Translations under genes and position numbers: made by a program
The notes under the pieces: generated by a model
Told to the model about the DNA's origin: nothing
Database searches by the model: none
Seen by the model: the letters and a program-made list of their open reading frames with translations, nothing else
In this document: piece by piece, positions 36,301-48,420 of the stretch
Numbering within the stretch: the stretch's first letter is position 1
How the letters are laid out: the number at the start of each line of letters is the position of its first letter
Assembly (NCBI GenBank): GCA_021613535.1
Contig: CP075492.1
Location: forward strand, 3,410,001 to 3,474,000
Direction of reading: 5' to 3'
Length of the DNA: 64,000 bases
Origin: Adineta vaga
Taxonomy: Eukaryota > Animalia > Rotifera

Positions 36301-37821
36301 TGTCAGTTTTCAACATAAAATAACTTTTGGTACATGAATACTCGATAGTTGTCTTATCTAAGTTAATTTCTCAATATACTTTATTTGTAAAATTTTATCA
36401 TTATATTGACTATAAAAAAAAGAAATGTTTCTTTCTATATTTTATTTCAAGATCGTTGCACTCAAATGAAAATATTATTATCAAAAGCTATTATTTTTAT
36501 TCAAACTTTCAATCTTTTTAAACCCCCATTTGAACAACCACCATCTGTACCAATATTTGAACATCAAAAACAGTTACAACGAAAACTACAGATTATATCA
36601 ACACGTATTTATATATTTCTATTATTTTTCTTCGCCGCGACAATTATCATCTCCACGTCTTTACGTAAAACTGCTGAAACGAAAGTATTCTCTGTTTTGT
36701 CTTATTCTAATTATCAAAATTTATTAACTAACTTTACCTTGAATTCATTATCTTGTCCATGCTCACTTATCAGTAGTAAATATTCAAATTTTCTTTCAAT
36801 TCAAGCAAAATCAATGCATTCAGTCTGTTCTAATCGTATATTTAATCCGAATTGGATGGGATTACCACTTGGTTTTGAACTCGCACCTATTGAAGAAAAT
36901 TCACCTTTCGTTTTGGTATTCTATCTACAATTCGCAAGATCTCTCTGTGATTATGCTAAGTTTCTTTTAGGACAACAAGGTAAACAATTTCTCAGTACGT
37001 TTTATACAACATCATTTTTAACTACCAGTGAACAATTCGAAAAATATTTCAAATTACAAATCAATCAGTTTCAACAAGCACTTTCGTCATATTACAAACG
37101 GCTGATCAAAATAAGCCGGATAAGTATATCTGGAAATAGTCTGTTGTCTCCAGCAAAAACAAATTATGAATGGGATCTTGTCAATACAACAGGCGCTCAA
37201 ATCGCATTTCCGAGTGCATCAAGAGTTATTCAGTTAAAAACCAAACCAAAGGTTTATAATAATGTCACCTATCCGTGTCATATACCATCGAAATTCTATA
37301 AACAACATTTATATTTCCCAAACTCGAAAATTCCTATTCCTGGATTATATCTTAGTTGTTATTTTATTGATGGTCTGCTTAAATCGACTTTGGAATGTTT
37401 CTACAATATTACATGTCTTCAACTCTTACAGAATCTTATGTTATCTCCAATTAACTTAGTTGCATTCAAAATGAATTTCCCACTAAATTCATCTCTTTAT
37501 CGAATGAATTCAACAGTTGAAGAATTATCTGATCTATTATTTGTTGATGAATGGTCTCATAACATCAGTTATCAATCATATCCTGATCAATGTCATCCAA
37601 AAGAATGTCTTTATACATTTGTTACAAGATCTCATTTTCGTTATATAATAACAACATTATTTAGTATTATGGGTGGTTTAGCAAAAGTATTAACGGTATT
37701 AATTCCTCCTTCAATTAAAATATATCACAGATTATGGCAATATCTAAGACGAAAACAAAATATTCGACATCTGAGAATCAATAATCGAATTAAGCCTGCA
37801 ATGCCATCACTATCGACGTAA
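33361..37821 (+). CDS. Three-unit concatemeric membrane protein (~1340 aa), one 2-TM/Cys-rich module per exon
   Basis: Exons 33361..34714, 34929..36227, 36452..37821 joined by phase-1 GT-AG introns (4023 nt, in frame); each exon has NLF...(T)RIY/YIY-TM1, CxC, HxxCS, GC/SC...CFYNxxC, VxxW, CxPxxCxYxY, then a GGL/SGL-containing TM2. Confidence 0.88.
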
Positions 37822-37910
37822 CATTTTCGTTGTAGATGCTTTATATATTGTATTGTATTATACCCTTCGTCTAACAATTCATCTATTTTGAGTGAGATAC
37901 ATATCAGCAT

Positions 37911-38011
37911 GAAATATATAATAAAACTAAAAGTTTAGACATGTCACATTTTGATAAGATAAGAACAATAGTTCTTCTTTCCGCATGTGTGGGTGTGAGA
38001 GTGAAAAAGAA
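37911..38011 (+). repeat. ~100-bp direct repeat, copy 2, ending in a telomere-like arm
   Basis: Matches 32754..32860; ends TGTGTGGGTGTGAGAGTGAA. Confidence 0.9.
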
Positions 38012-38167
38012 ATCATTCTGCGTCAAAACAAGACGGCTGTTGAGCTCAGCTAGCGTCAGAAATACGTCAGAAGAAACAATTTGTTCCTCTCTAATGATGA
38101 CTATATATATGAATCATTGCTGCTGGCATGTTTTTTCTTTAGAATATTATAATTCATTGTAGAAAGA

Positions 38168-38450
38168 TGGGTCTTGGTTCCATAATGCTCCCTTTATCGT
38201 CAATATTAATGGATAAGATTCGCATTTCTACGGTGGTGATTTCGTATCAGGAACAGTTGAACTGCATATAAAAGGTGAAATGATAGAAGCAAATGAAATT
38301 GGTGAAGCTCGTTGTGTTATACAAAGCGACAACTACCAAGGCCCGCAAAAGCTTCAATATTCGTCTACCCGATCATTCACTATTTATGGATGATAAGTAT
38401 TCTCCTTTTTGTCGAGAACCTGAAAAAGACGTGTTGCCATACGAGAAAGG
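38168..38450 (+). pseudogene. Probable arrestin-domain gene relic
   Basis: One frame reads HFYGGDFVSGTVELHIKGEMIEANEIGE, resembling the alpha-arrestin N-domain start, but it is flanked by stops. Confidence 0.4.
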
Positions 38451-39187
38451 TGTGTATCAGTGACCATGTGAGATCTAGTTATACTTAATGGATACAATCT
38501 ATTGACATATTTCCACGTATTAATGTTTCGGAGAAATCAGATACTTTAAAGCCAGTCGCGTTTAGTACTGAAAATCGAAAAAATGTCACCATTAAAGGAA
38601 ATCTAGACAAAAGTGGATATATCCCCGCGATGAAATCCTTCATGGAACAGTTGAAATTGCCAATGCAATATATAATTTGTAAAGAAATACTCTCAGAAAT
38701 GAGTAGTTGGAAAAGAATACAAATAGTTCGATATCTCGTCATCGTCACAATCGTTTCCCTATTGTAGAGTAAAATGATAATACGTTCTAATATTTGTAAA
38801 GGTAAATAGATGTCAGTGTACAATACTCAATACTGTATCATTCTTTACCTTTATGTATATTCATATTTTTAAATGGATGAATCATTGAGAATGAAACATA
38901 CACCTCAAATATTTGAATTTTCATTTTGAAAACAAATTAAAAGATATTGCAATAAATTGACATGTTCTGGCCATTTACAACTTTATCAAATGTTGAAAGA
39001 ATATTCTTTTCAAACCGATCAGTTAACTTACAAAGTTAATTGAAAACTTGTCGTGATCATATTTTCAAAAGAGACAATTATCATTGGTTGATAAAAGATA
39101 ACAAATTGCATATGAAAATGAAAAAGAACGTATGGTTTGTTTTTCTTTACATATTACACAAACACATTTATTTATTATTGTATAAAA

Positions 39188-40550
39188 ATGACTTTGATTA
39201 ATCTGATCAAAGGAATTCTTTTTTATTTAACTATCATTATTAGTGCATTGTATATGCTTGTATTCGCTTATACACCAGCTGCCTTATTGATCTTTATTAA
39301 TCAACGAATTCATTTTCGTTTATGTTCATTTATCATGGGTCATTATCTATTGATGATAACAGTAAATCTTTTTTTTGGGAAATTTTTTAAATAATTGAAT
39401 ATATTTTATAGTGTCTTCTGGAAGATTTACTCGATATTCGAATAGTTATAACTGGTGATGAATTAACTAAGGAAAAAAAACGTTCAATTATCGTATTGAA
39501 TCATCGAACAAGACTTGATTGGATGTATATATGGATGTTATACAGTCGATTTGAATTACTTGATCAACTTAAAATTACACTCAAATCTGAACTTAAACGT
39601 ATTCCTGGAATTGGTACGATGTTTCACTTATACCGATTATTTTAACGTTAAGTTATCGATTTAGGTTGGGGTTCTTATCATGGTGGTTTTCTTTTTCTTC
39701 ATCGTAAATGGGAAAGAGATCAAGATGAAATGCAAAAGACTGTTAAATATTATAAAACATCTCAATCACCTGTCTCGGTAAGTCCTTTTAACTGCGCTAG
39801 ATTTTCAATGATCTTCTCTTTTAGTTATTGATCTTTCCTGAAGGAACAAATCTCAGTAGTATTGCAACATTAAAAAGTAATAATTATGCTTCGAAACAAA
39901 AGCTTTTCAATCGATCATATGATTATTGTCTTCATCCACATACAACTGGATTTACTTATTTATTAAATACAATGCGATCAAGTAAAATAAACTGAGTTTT
40001 AAATGAAATTCGTTTCTTATTTGATTTAGATAAGATTATTGATTCGGTTGATGATGTTACAATTGGATATGAAGGAAATTTTCCAATGACAGAACTTGAT
40101 TTATTGAAAGGACATTTTCCAAAACGAGTTCATTTTCATGTTAAACGTTATCAGATCGATGATATACCAAACGAAGATGAACAAATAAGTTTATGGTTAC
40201 AGAAATGTTGGGATGAAAAAGAAGACCGTTTGAAAGAGTAAAAAGATAATCTATGAATAAATAGTTTTCATTGGTTCTTCTTTTTTTAATTTAGATTTTA
40301 TACGAAAAATCAATTTGATTCATCATCAAAACAATTTCATCATCAACAAACTGAATCGAATGTAAAAATTCAACGTCGTTTAACTTTAATTCTATCAATT
40401 ATTATTATTATATTCTGTTCGTATTGTTTTATTGTTTTTCGAACAGTGAAATTCTATGTTTTAATTATTTGTATATTTCAACTGATTATGGAATTGTATA
40501 TCAATTGGATTCAAGATTTGATTACTCAGCATCACACAAAGCATCAATAA
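39188..40550 (+). CDS. LCLAT1: Lysophospholipid acyltransferase (LCLAT1/AGPAT family), 6 exons
   Basis: Exons 39188..39361, 39412..39613, 39665..39777, 39825..39981, 40030..40237, 40295..40550; motifs NHRTRLDW, FLFLHRKW, FPEGT, LHPHTTGF. Confidence 0.88.
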
Positions 40551-40639
40551 AATGAAATTTAATCTTACTTTTTTTTTATCCACGCATTTATTTCTTTTGT
40601 TAATATTTTTAATCATGCCAAAAATAAAAAGATGTTTTG

Positions 40640-40690
40640 AAGGGTGTGGGTGAGTGCGGATGTTCTTCTGATCCTTGCCCACACACCCTT
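40640..40690. repeat. Telomere-like intergenic hairpin element between convergent 3' ends
   Basis: AAGGGTGTGGGTGAGTGCGGAT...ATCCTTGCCCACACACCCTT. Confidence 0.85.
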
Positions 40691-40707
40691 ATTCTATTCG
40701 GTTATAA

Positions 40708-41505
40708 TCACATTATTGTTTTTTTTCTAACGACAAAAGTAAGTATCTCTCGAGGATGATCAGTATCGTTTCTTGTTTGCAATGTAGCACTTTCAACTTC
40801 CCATTTACTATTTGTAACTTCAATCCACATACGTGCAAAACTCTCTGGAGAATGACACATTCTTTTTTTACCTTCAGGTCCTGAACTTCTAAAACGTTCC
40901 ATTGGTACTGACGCACCCACTTGTCGTCCAGTGATAGCTTGTTTACAGAGACGACTGAGTCGACGGCATACTTCTTTTTGTGTTTCACTATCAAAAAGAT
41001 GAATAAATGAACCCACATAAAGATAATCGGCTGGTTGGATTGCATCCAAAAATTGATTATCAAATATATCGCCTGGAGTAATGATGTTCTTCTTTTTCAT
41101 TAATTCTTCATCATGAAATAGTTCATAACCTTGTTGAATAAATGTAGGATCAAGTTCATAACCACGTATTTGGTCAATAGATACACCTTCATAAATGAGT
41201 TGTCGTATATCTTGACCAAGACAACATCCAAAATCGATCACTGTTGCACCTTCATTTTTACATTTTTCAATAATTTCTTTATAAATAGGACTTCGTTGAA
41301 TAGAAAAATCAAGAAAAGACCAACGACCCAAACATGGATAATTATAATTTTCCCAAGCACGTTTGCGTACATTGATTAAATGTTCACGTAAGTCTGCAGC
41401 TGGAATAGAAGCATAATTAGCAAAGAAATTTTCGATATAATTATTGATTGGTGGTTCATCGATATACGATGATATTATTTTATCATTTGAATCGATGGTG
41501 GACAT
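40708..41505 (-). CDS. SAM-dependent methyltransferase resembling the fungal AusD/Trt5 type
   Basis: YPCLGRWSFLD, motif I IDFGCCLGQDIR, GDIFD, GSFIHLF, HSPESFARMW; intronless; first ATG at 41505. Confidence 0.82.
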   Translation of the reverse strand: MSTIDSNDKIISSYIDEPPINNYIENFFANYASIPAADLREHLINVRKRAWENYNYPCLGRWSFLDFSIQRSPIYKEIIEKCKNEGATVIDFGCCLGQDIRQLIYEGVSIDQIRGYELDPTFIQQGYELFHDEELMKKKNIITPGDIFDNQFLDAIQPADYLYVGSFIHLFDSETQKEVCRRLSRLCKQAITGRQVGASVPMERFRSSGPEGKKRMCHSPESFARMWIEVTNSKWEVESATLQTRNDTDHPREILTFVVRKKTIM

Positions 41506-41752
41506 ATTCAAAAGAGTATTTACCTTGTTTTTTGAAAACAACTATCACCTATTAATATCTCAAATAAACACAGTGACAGATAACAAAAAAAGACGTGCAT
41601 CGTACTTAAAAGCACTGAAGTTACGAGTTTTTCTCTCGTAATAATCTATACAATAAAAGAAAAGAAAACCAAAAGAAAACAATAAATCTATTTTCATCTG
41701 TTGGTGTTAAGTAAATCATGATGAGATGCCAATATTTGATTATTACATTCGA

Positions 41753-42447
41753 CTAGTGGAGATACTCGATGTTCATTCAGAACATTTCAGATTGAAACCT
41801 TCATGTGACAGAAAACGGTGGAGGATCCAGAGAGGATTGTGTTTGAAATTTTTCATTTATCACCACAAATCCCGCAATGCATATCTAAGATGGAACAATT
41901 TATGCTATGTAACATTCCAAATCCACTCATTTTCTCACAGATTACGCTCCAACTCTGTTTCCATTTCATGTTGAATCTAGAAAGCCTTAGACTTCAGGTA
42001 AAAAGCACGATAATCCAACGAATATTGTGTGGAGGTGAGTATCTTATTTCTGAATCATCCTCACTTCCATGTAACACTACTATACCAGGGAGGAAGCGTA
42101 GTAATTTATATACCAAAGATCCATCAAATGAGCGCCTCGAAATTGAATTAAATTTCAACCACCTTCTGTCTTCTAACCCACTCTTCACCCTCCATTGGAT
42201 CTAAGGAAGTGCTATGGAAAGTTTGGTGATCTTAGCTATTGCATAACCACCTGGGTGAAATTCCACCGATACACCCCCTCCTAACCCCTCATTGGTGTGG
42301 TCAACTTACTCTCAATCTTCCATTAGACTCGGAGAATTGCTATGAAAAGTTTGGTGACGTTAGCTATAACAGGGACTATGAATGTATAACAAACAGACAG
42401 ACAGATAAACAAACCTTCTTCTTTGTATATAGAAGATAGAAGATAGA
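41753..42447 (-). mobile_element. Non-autonomous Helitron-like element (~695 bp)
   Basis: Minus-strand 5' A|TCTATCTTCTAT...TGTCTGTCTGT; 3' CTAG|T at 41756..41753; subterminal hairpin ATGTTC/GAACAT (41769..41785) 12 nt from CTAG; internal direct repeat AAAGTTTGGTGA..TTAGCTAT; GC-richer than the flanks. Confidence 0.7.
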
Positions 42448-42853
42448 TGTAAGCACCATTAATTGTCATTTCTCTATTCATTACAAATAAAAATTATCAG
42501 ATGGTGGTGAATTTCATAGACTTTTTCTTGGTATATATCGACGGAAAAGAAAAAACCTCATGCAAGAATAAAACGATCAACTTCTCAATGAGAGACATGA
42601 CGAGGAGAATATTACGAAAATAGAGAAACGAGCATATTGTCTCTCTTAAGGTGCAAATTTTGTTGTGAGATGGTTTATAAGTCAATTGTGAACATGTCTC
42701 ATTGATACTTGCAGCAATATACATTGTCCTTTATATTCGTGAGATTTGTTTTCAAACTTCTATATATATATATATATATTGCTCTATGATTGAAACTAAC
42801 GATCGTTGTTCTGAAGACATCAAATACAGATCTTGACATTTCTCCAGACTTAA

Positions 42854-42951
42854 ATCTACACCCTGACGATCGATTCGATTCCTTAAATAAGAATCGAAAT
42901 ACGGAGAATGTTAGAGTTAATATTCTTCAAATTCACTCACACTCTCAAGAT
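42854..42951. repeat. C-rich half-sites of the telomere-like element
   Basis: ATCTACACCCTGA and CACTCACACTCTCAAGAT. Confidence 0.55.
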
Positions 42952-43605
42952 TTTTGCAAACATCAATAATAAACAGATCTATACTAAATCCATGACAGTT
43001 TTGAATTTCATTACAGACTCGTGTATTTAAAACTACCTTCATTCAATGAGTTTCTTTTGAATATTGTGAAAAAAATGTATTGAGATATGTCGATTATTTA
43101 CTTTGCAATCTATACGCAGAATTATTTTAGCTATTTAAAAAAAATGACATTTGAAATAGATGAAGATTATAGTCATTGGATTTTCACTGTGAAACAGACC
43201 CGTACCTTCAAGATTGTCTAGAAAAAAATGGCAGATTTGTAGAAATACATTAATATTATACACTGCGGCTTATAGATCTTACAGTACAATTAAATTGAGA
43301 GATTAAGTAAGATAAAATGAACAAGAAATTTACGCCGCAAACTGATGACGTATGCGACTACTCTTACTTGCTAGGTTGATAAAATAATTTATATTTTACG
43401 CATTAGAATATTAAAACGAAGTAGAAACAGAAATATCGTATTATTAATAAATTTATCAAAGTGCCTTAAAAGCAGAAAATTTTAATTTATCTCTTTTATA
43501 ACTATACTTATTTTTCTTTGGCACACATTTATTTTGCATAGTTTCTTGTTCAGAAAACATCAAATACTCTCTATTGACAAGGAGTTATAGTATCTCACTA
43601 CTAAA

Positions 43606-44511
43606 ATGATATCGAACGTAGTAATCTTTTGGACAATTCTTACCTTTCTCATTCCATCACTAATCTGTTCATTTTTGGTTCTCTATCATATGCTCTTTGA
43701 TCAAGTTTTACGTTGTGCACTTCATAATCATGCCTTTGCTGTTCTTCTTGTCATTTGTATGATTGATGAAATGACATATTACCCATGGATGCTTTATTAT
43801 TATTCGAAGAATTCTATATGGCCACGATCAGATATGTTTTGCGTTATTTCAGCATTTCTTCAGTGGTCACTTTATATCGCACACATCTTAATTTTTGCTT
43901 GGGCAATGATTGAAAGACATATTTTGATCTTTCACCGTCGATGGTTATCAACAAGAATGAAACGTTTTTTGATTCATTATGTTCCTCTTATATCGCTTAT
44001 TCTTTATTGCTTTACTTTTTATTTTGTAGTCTATTTTTTTCCACCTTGTCAAAATCGTCTTCGTCCCTATTTTATTGCTTGTATATTTCCATGTTCATAC
44101 GACAATTATATATTTTCTATGTTCGATTATTTTGCCCATCAAATTGTACCGATTATCATTATTACTCTTGGTAGTACTGGTTTAATTATACGTGTTTTAT
44201 GGCAAAAATATCGTATGCGTCGTATGATTCATTGGCGAAAACACCAAAAGATGATAATTCAAGCATTATCAGTTGCATTTTTGTATCTTATAATTCTACT
44301 TCCTTTTGCAGTTATTTATATCATACTTAATATATATGGTGTAGCGAGTCCTTTGTTAATTGAATTATATATGTATACTGCTTTTTTTAGTCAATTTGTT
44401 GTTCTTCTGTATCCTTTTGTATGTGCTTTGTCATTACCAGAATGGCAAACCAAGGTGAAAAATATTTTAAAATTACTATGTCGAACAAATCGGATTAATC
44501 CAAGAAGATAA
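43606..44511 (+). CDS. Short rhodopsin-like 7TM GPCR, 301 aa, intronless
   Basis: Seven hydrophobic segments; MIERHILIFH at the DRY position; LYPFVC in TM7. Confidence 0.85.
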   Translation: MISNVVIFWTILTFLIPSLICSFLVLYHMLFDQVLRCALHNHAFAVLLVICMIDEMTYYPWMLYYYSKNSIWPRSDMFCVISAFLQWSLYIAHILIFAWAMIERHILIFHRRWLSTRMKRFLIHYVPLISLILYCFTFYFVVYFFPPCQNRLRPYFIACIFPCSYDNYIFSMFDYFAHQIVPIIIITLGSTGLIIRVLWQKYRMRRMIHWRKHQKMIIQALSVAFLYLIILLPFAVIYIILNIYGVASPLLIELYMYTAFFSQFVVLLYPFVCALSLPEWQTKVKNILKLLCRTNRINPRR

Positions 44512-46581
44512 ACTATTTGAAATTATGCAAAAGTCATTGTTCTTAAATATTTTCCCGCAATAGAAGAGCCCAGACCTGGTATTATGATTCGTCAAATCTC
44601 GTCACAATCGTCAAATATTATTTTTTTTTAATGTCCAATGTTTATCGTTGTATCGTTAAGTTGTAAAAAATATATTTCTAAAACTCCTTTATTTCTAAAA
44701 GTATTCCGAATGTGAATATCCTTATAAGTAAGTATCGATATTGGCAAGCTACTAGTGAAAGACCATGCTATGCGCTATGCGAACGTTTGCGTCTCTTGAA
44801 AATTTGATTTCAGTTCAAGGAAAATGTTATTTTAGAATTTGATAATTATTTTTCACTAATGGAGGAGAGCACTTTGTACTTCTAAAAGCAGTCTGAATGT
44901 TAACAACAGATGAAAGTAAGGTAGGGCGCCTAATCAAAATACCGAAAATATGAAAGGGTTAAAATATGTGACTTTGAATGTTTAAAAACGCGTCATTTTC
45001 AGCTTCGAAGTGTGAAAAAAACTCTCATTATCAGTTTCAATCTTTCTTCAAAAGATCCTATTCGATAGCTTGTTTTAATCAGTTGGATGTAATCTCTCTT
45101 TCTATATAAAAAGAAGAATATTTGTCTTTTCGTTCGTTATGCATTCAGTTCTTGTAATAGCTAAGGTCAACATACTGTCTATGACACTTCCGGATGTACA
45201 GAGAAAAGTCGAGAGGAGCTGGAAGACGAAAGGGGACTGAAATTCAACCCAATTTCGATTAACTGATTTGATCGATCTTTAGAGTATCCATCTATTACTA
45301 CGTTTTCACACTGGTCTGGTTGGACGCGAGGACAATTCGTCGGAAATGTGTTATAATTAATTTACATTGAAAAATTCTCTCTTCTTAGCTCCCATAGCTA
45401 CAAATGTAATTCTATTAATAAGAAAATTACACCAATATCAACAATTCTCTTAGTAATATTAACTGAAACTCAATATTCTGGTGCTATTTCGAATAAGAAA
45501 ATATCAACTGATTTGAAAACATGACACAAAATGTTTCCAAAGTACCAAAAAAGTGAAATAAAATTTAAACTATGACAAGAATGTGTTAGACAGATTTTAA
45601 AAGGAAAATATTATTCCATCAGATAAAAACTTCATTTTGTTCGAAATATTAGGTGGTTTTTCAATACAATCTATCAAGTAAAGATTCAAACAAACTTTAT
45701 TTCCACAAAAATACTCTGCAAATGAGCTGATGGTCTTTATCATAGTTCATTTAGCAAATAATCATCGCTTTATTTTAAAATATGTTTATTTTTGTGAATG
45801 AAAATTTAAAGCGTTTTTTGTTCAAATTCAGATTAGTTCGCAACAATGATGGTTATGTAAAATGAGTATTATCTCCAAATACAGATTATCGATAGATCAC
45901 GGTTTCAGCTACTACTTCTACTTTATAGTATACATAATGAATTACCAAGAACTTCTTTTCTGATTTATCACGTCTTAGAATTTCCTTACTTACACAGTCT
46001 TCAGTGAAAAACTATTTTACTCATAGCATCGTGTGGTTTTCTTGACTTAATCTTTGTTAAATTTGTCTCGTGCGTTGGATTCCATTGATTTTTTGAAAAA
46101 AATTATATTGTTTATGTTTTACAAACATAATCACTTTCATGAGATGTTCATCTCTCTTCCTCTACCTGCATATTTTGTTACAATTAATTGATTCTTCGAC
46201 GAATTATCCACACACCCCTGGGGTTTTCCGATAGTAGAAGGCTTTGGGTGCGCGATGCCCCTCCCCCATATTCGAAAAATCGGGACACCTCTGCATATAC
46301 TTACAAAGTTGTTAATTGTATTTGATTTTTGTGTTTTTTCCACGTTATTTAGCTCAGATCAGAAGAAATCGATTCTTCAGTCGTGAAGTTCAATATTAAT
46401 GCATTTAAAAGCTTATGTTATATAGCGCAACATAACAACGATAAACCATGTTATACAAACCTTATTTTGGTTTCTGATGTAAAACTAAATCATGATTATT
46501 TAACTTTCTCTTAAAAAAACTGATTGAGTACTTTATGATTGAATATATTGTAAGCTTTATACAAAATCCAGAAGATTTTTA

Positions 46582-48420
46582 TTAAAAGAAAAATGATTCC
46601 TTGTGAATTTGATTTGATTTTAAACCAGCTTGATGTAACCATGAATTAATATCAACCATAAATTGACTAGGTCCACAAATATAAGTCTGTCTATTTATCA
46701 AATCCGAAACCTTCATAAGATCATTGAATTGAATTCTTCGATTATATATTTGAAACGATTCAGATGTAGAAGGTTCATTAATACCAGTAGAATCAAACAT
46801 TGATATGTTTGAAACAATAGGAGATGAAATAAAATCTTTGAGTAAATCAATTTCATCACCACGACCAGAGAATAAAATAACAATATCAATCTTTGGTTTT
46901 ATTTGAGATAAAGCTTCAAACATAGCTAAGAATGGAGTAAGACCAATTCCACCAGCAATAAATAAGAGTTTTTCATGAATTTGATTAATATTATCAAAAC
47001 ATGTGAAGTCACCTCCTGTACCAATGAATTTGCAATAAAGTGATGATTTCTGTTCATTTGATTGAGAATGTAGTAAAGAGGATATGATACCTTTGGGTAA
47101 ATGTTTAATAGTACATGATACTTTATTTGTAGGATCAAATGTATTTGTATTTGAATTAAATGAAGGTGATGAAGAGATAGTCCATGTTCGAATATAATCA
47201 TCATTGACTGATTGAGGATTACCATTGTTCATATGTTGATAAGTTTGTTGAATTAAATGTGCAAAATTCAAAATAACGTATCCACCAGGTTTAAATGAAG
47301 TTTCTTCATCCAATTCAAATGTAAATCTTGAAATATATTTTGTCAATTTCTTAATCTCTACTAATTTCGCATTCTTTGTAGATGTTTTCAAAGGTCTTCC
47401 CATTTTTTCCATTTCAACAGCAAGATAACGAACAGGTGGATTATATGGTGAATATTGTTCATGACCAATTAATTTCAAATTCAAAGCTTCCTTAATCCAT
47501 ACATATCCATTTAATTTAATTCTCGTAATTAAAGTCATACGAGGCATAATACGTTCAGCTTCATCATCATAAATATTTTCAGCAATACCAGTTACATGAA
47601 GCATATCACCCGTAGTAAAACAAGGAAATACAACAGCAGCAATTCGATCTGTTTCAATATTTCCCAGAGATTGATAAAATCGATTTCCTGAATAATCTGG
47701 AATAACAATAAATGTATGTCCACTTTCTTCATAAGTTCGAACAAATCCAGGGTTTCCACCACGATAATTTAATCCAAGATCGGAAGTATTATCACAATTA
47801 TGATTCGTATGTCGTGTAGCTAAAACGATTGTACTAGCTTGATGAATAATATCTAAACATTCTTGATTGAAAGAAATCTTGTCTGTATTTCGATAATCAG
47901 CTATGATTTTTGGATTTCTTTTGTAATATTCTAATTTTCTAATTGTAATATATTTTGGACAATTTCCTAAACTTTCATTGGTTATTAAGGACATATTCAA
48001 AGTATCATTTATAAGATTGGATTGAGAAATAAATCCAGCTACTTTATTTCTTCGACGATTACTAAAATCGACACCAATTCCAGCAAAATAACGACAAGTT
48101 GAATTCGTTGTATTGATAACACTAGATAAAAATGGATCACCTTTTGGTAGAATAACAGAAACCTTTAATTCCATTTCAGATACAGCATGAATGAGTGTTG
48201 TTGATGAACCAGTAATAATTGTTGCCCAAGGTCTTCCATCGATATCAAGAGTAGAAATACCAAAATAATTTAAATGAGTAAAGAATTCTGAATGTTGATC
48301 TGGCATATCATCAGAAATCATTTCGGAGACTATCATAGGCATATTTGATGGAGTATGCCTTTTCTTTTGAACGAAAAGTTCGCCTTCATGTTGATTATGT
48401 GATTTTAGACGTTTTATCAT
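46582..48420 (-). CDS. Pyridoxamine-5'-phosphate-oxidase-like FMN-binding domains fused to an FNR-type FAD/NAD(P) oxidoreductase
   Basis: DGRPWAT, RRRNKVAG, GNCPKYI, RGGNPGFV, PDYSGNRFYQSLGNI; RTWTISS, IAGGIGLTPF, YICGP, terminal ESFFF. Confidence 0.88.
   Translation of the reverse strand: MIKRLKSHNQHEGELFVQKKRHTPSNMPMIVSEMISDDMPDQHSEFFTHLNYFGISTLDIDGRPWATIITGSSTTLIHAVSEMELKVSVILPKGDPFLSSVINTTNSTCRYFAGIGVDFSNRRRNKVAGFISQSNLINDTLNMSLITNESLGNCPKYITIRKLEYYKRNPKIIADYRNTDKISFNQECLDIIHQASTIVLATRHTNHNCDNTSDLGLNYRGGNPGFVRTYEESGHTFIVIPDYSGNRFYQSLGNIETDRIAAVVFPCFTTGDMLHVTGIAENIYDDEAERIMPRMTLITRIKLNGYVWIKEALNLKLIGHEQYSPYNPPVRYLAVEMEKMGRPLKTSTKNAKLVEIKKLTKYISRFTFELDEETSFKPGGYVILNFAHLIQQTYQHMNNGNPQSVNDDYIRTWTISSSPSFNSNTNTFDPTNKVSCTIKHLPKGIISSLLHSQSNEQKSSLYCKFIGTGGDFTCFDNINQIHEKLLFIAGGIGLTPFLAMFEALSQIKPKIDIVILFSGRGDEIDLLKDFISSPIVSNISMFDSTGINEPSTSESFQIYNRRIQFNDLMKVSDLINRQTYICGPSQFMVDINSWLHQAGLKSNQIHKESFFF

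Noticed and set aside
41726-42439. Several short ORFs on both strands
   Set aside because: They fall within the Helitron-like element and show no recognisable domain
42760-42780. (TA)n microsatellite
   Set aside because: Ordinary simple repeat
44570-46300. Possible TE termini (ACTAGTGAAAGACC at ~44751; hAT-like CAGAGGTGTCC on the minus strand at ~46283-46293)
   Set aside because: No matching second terminus or TSD could be identified by eye
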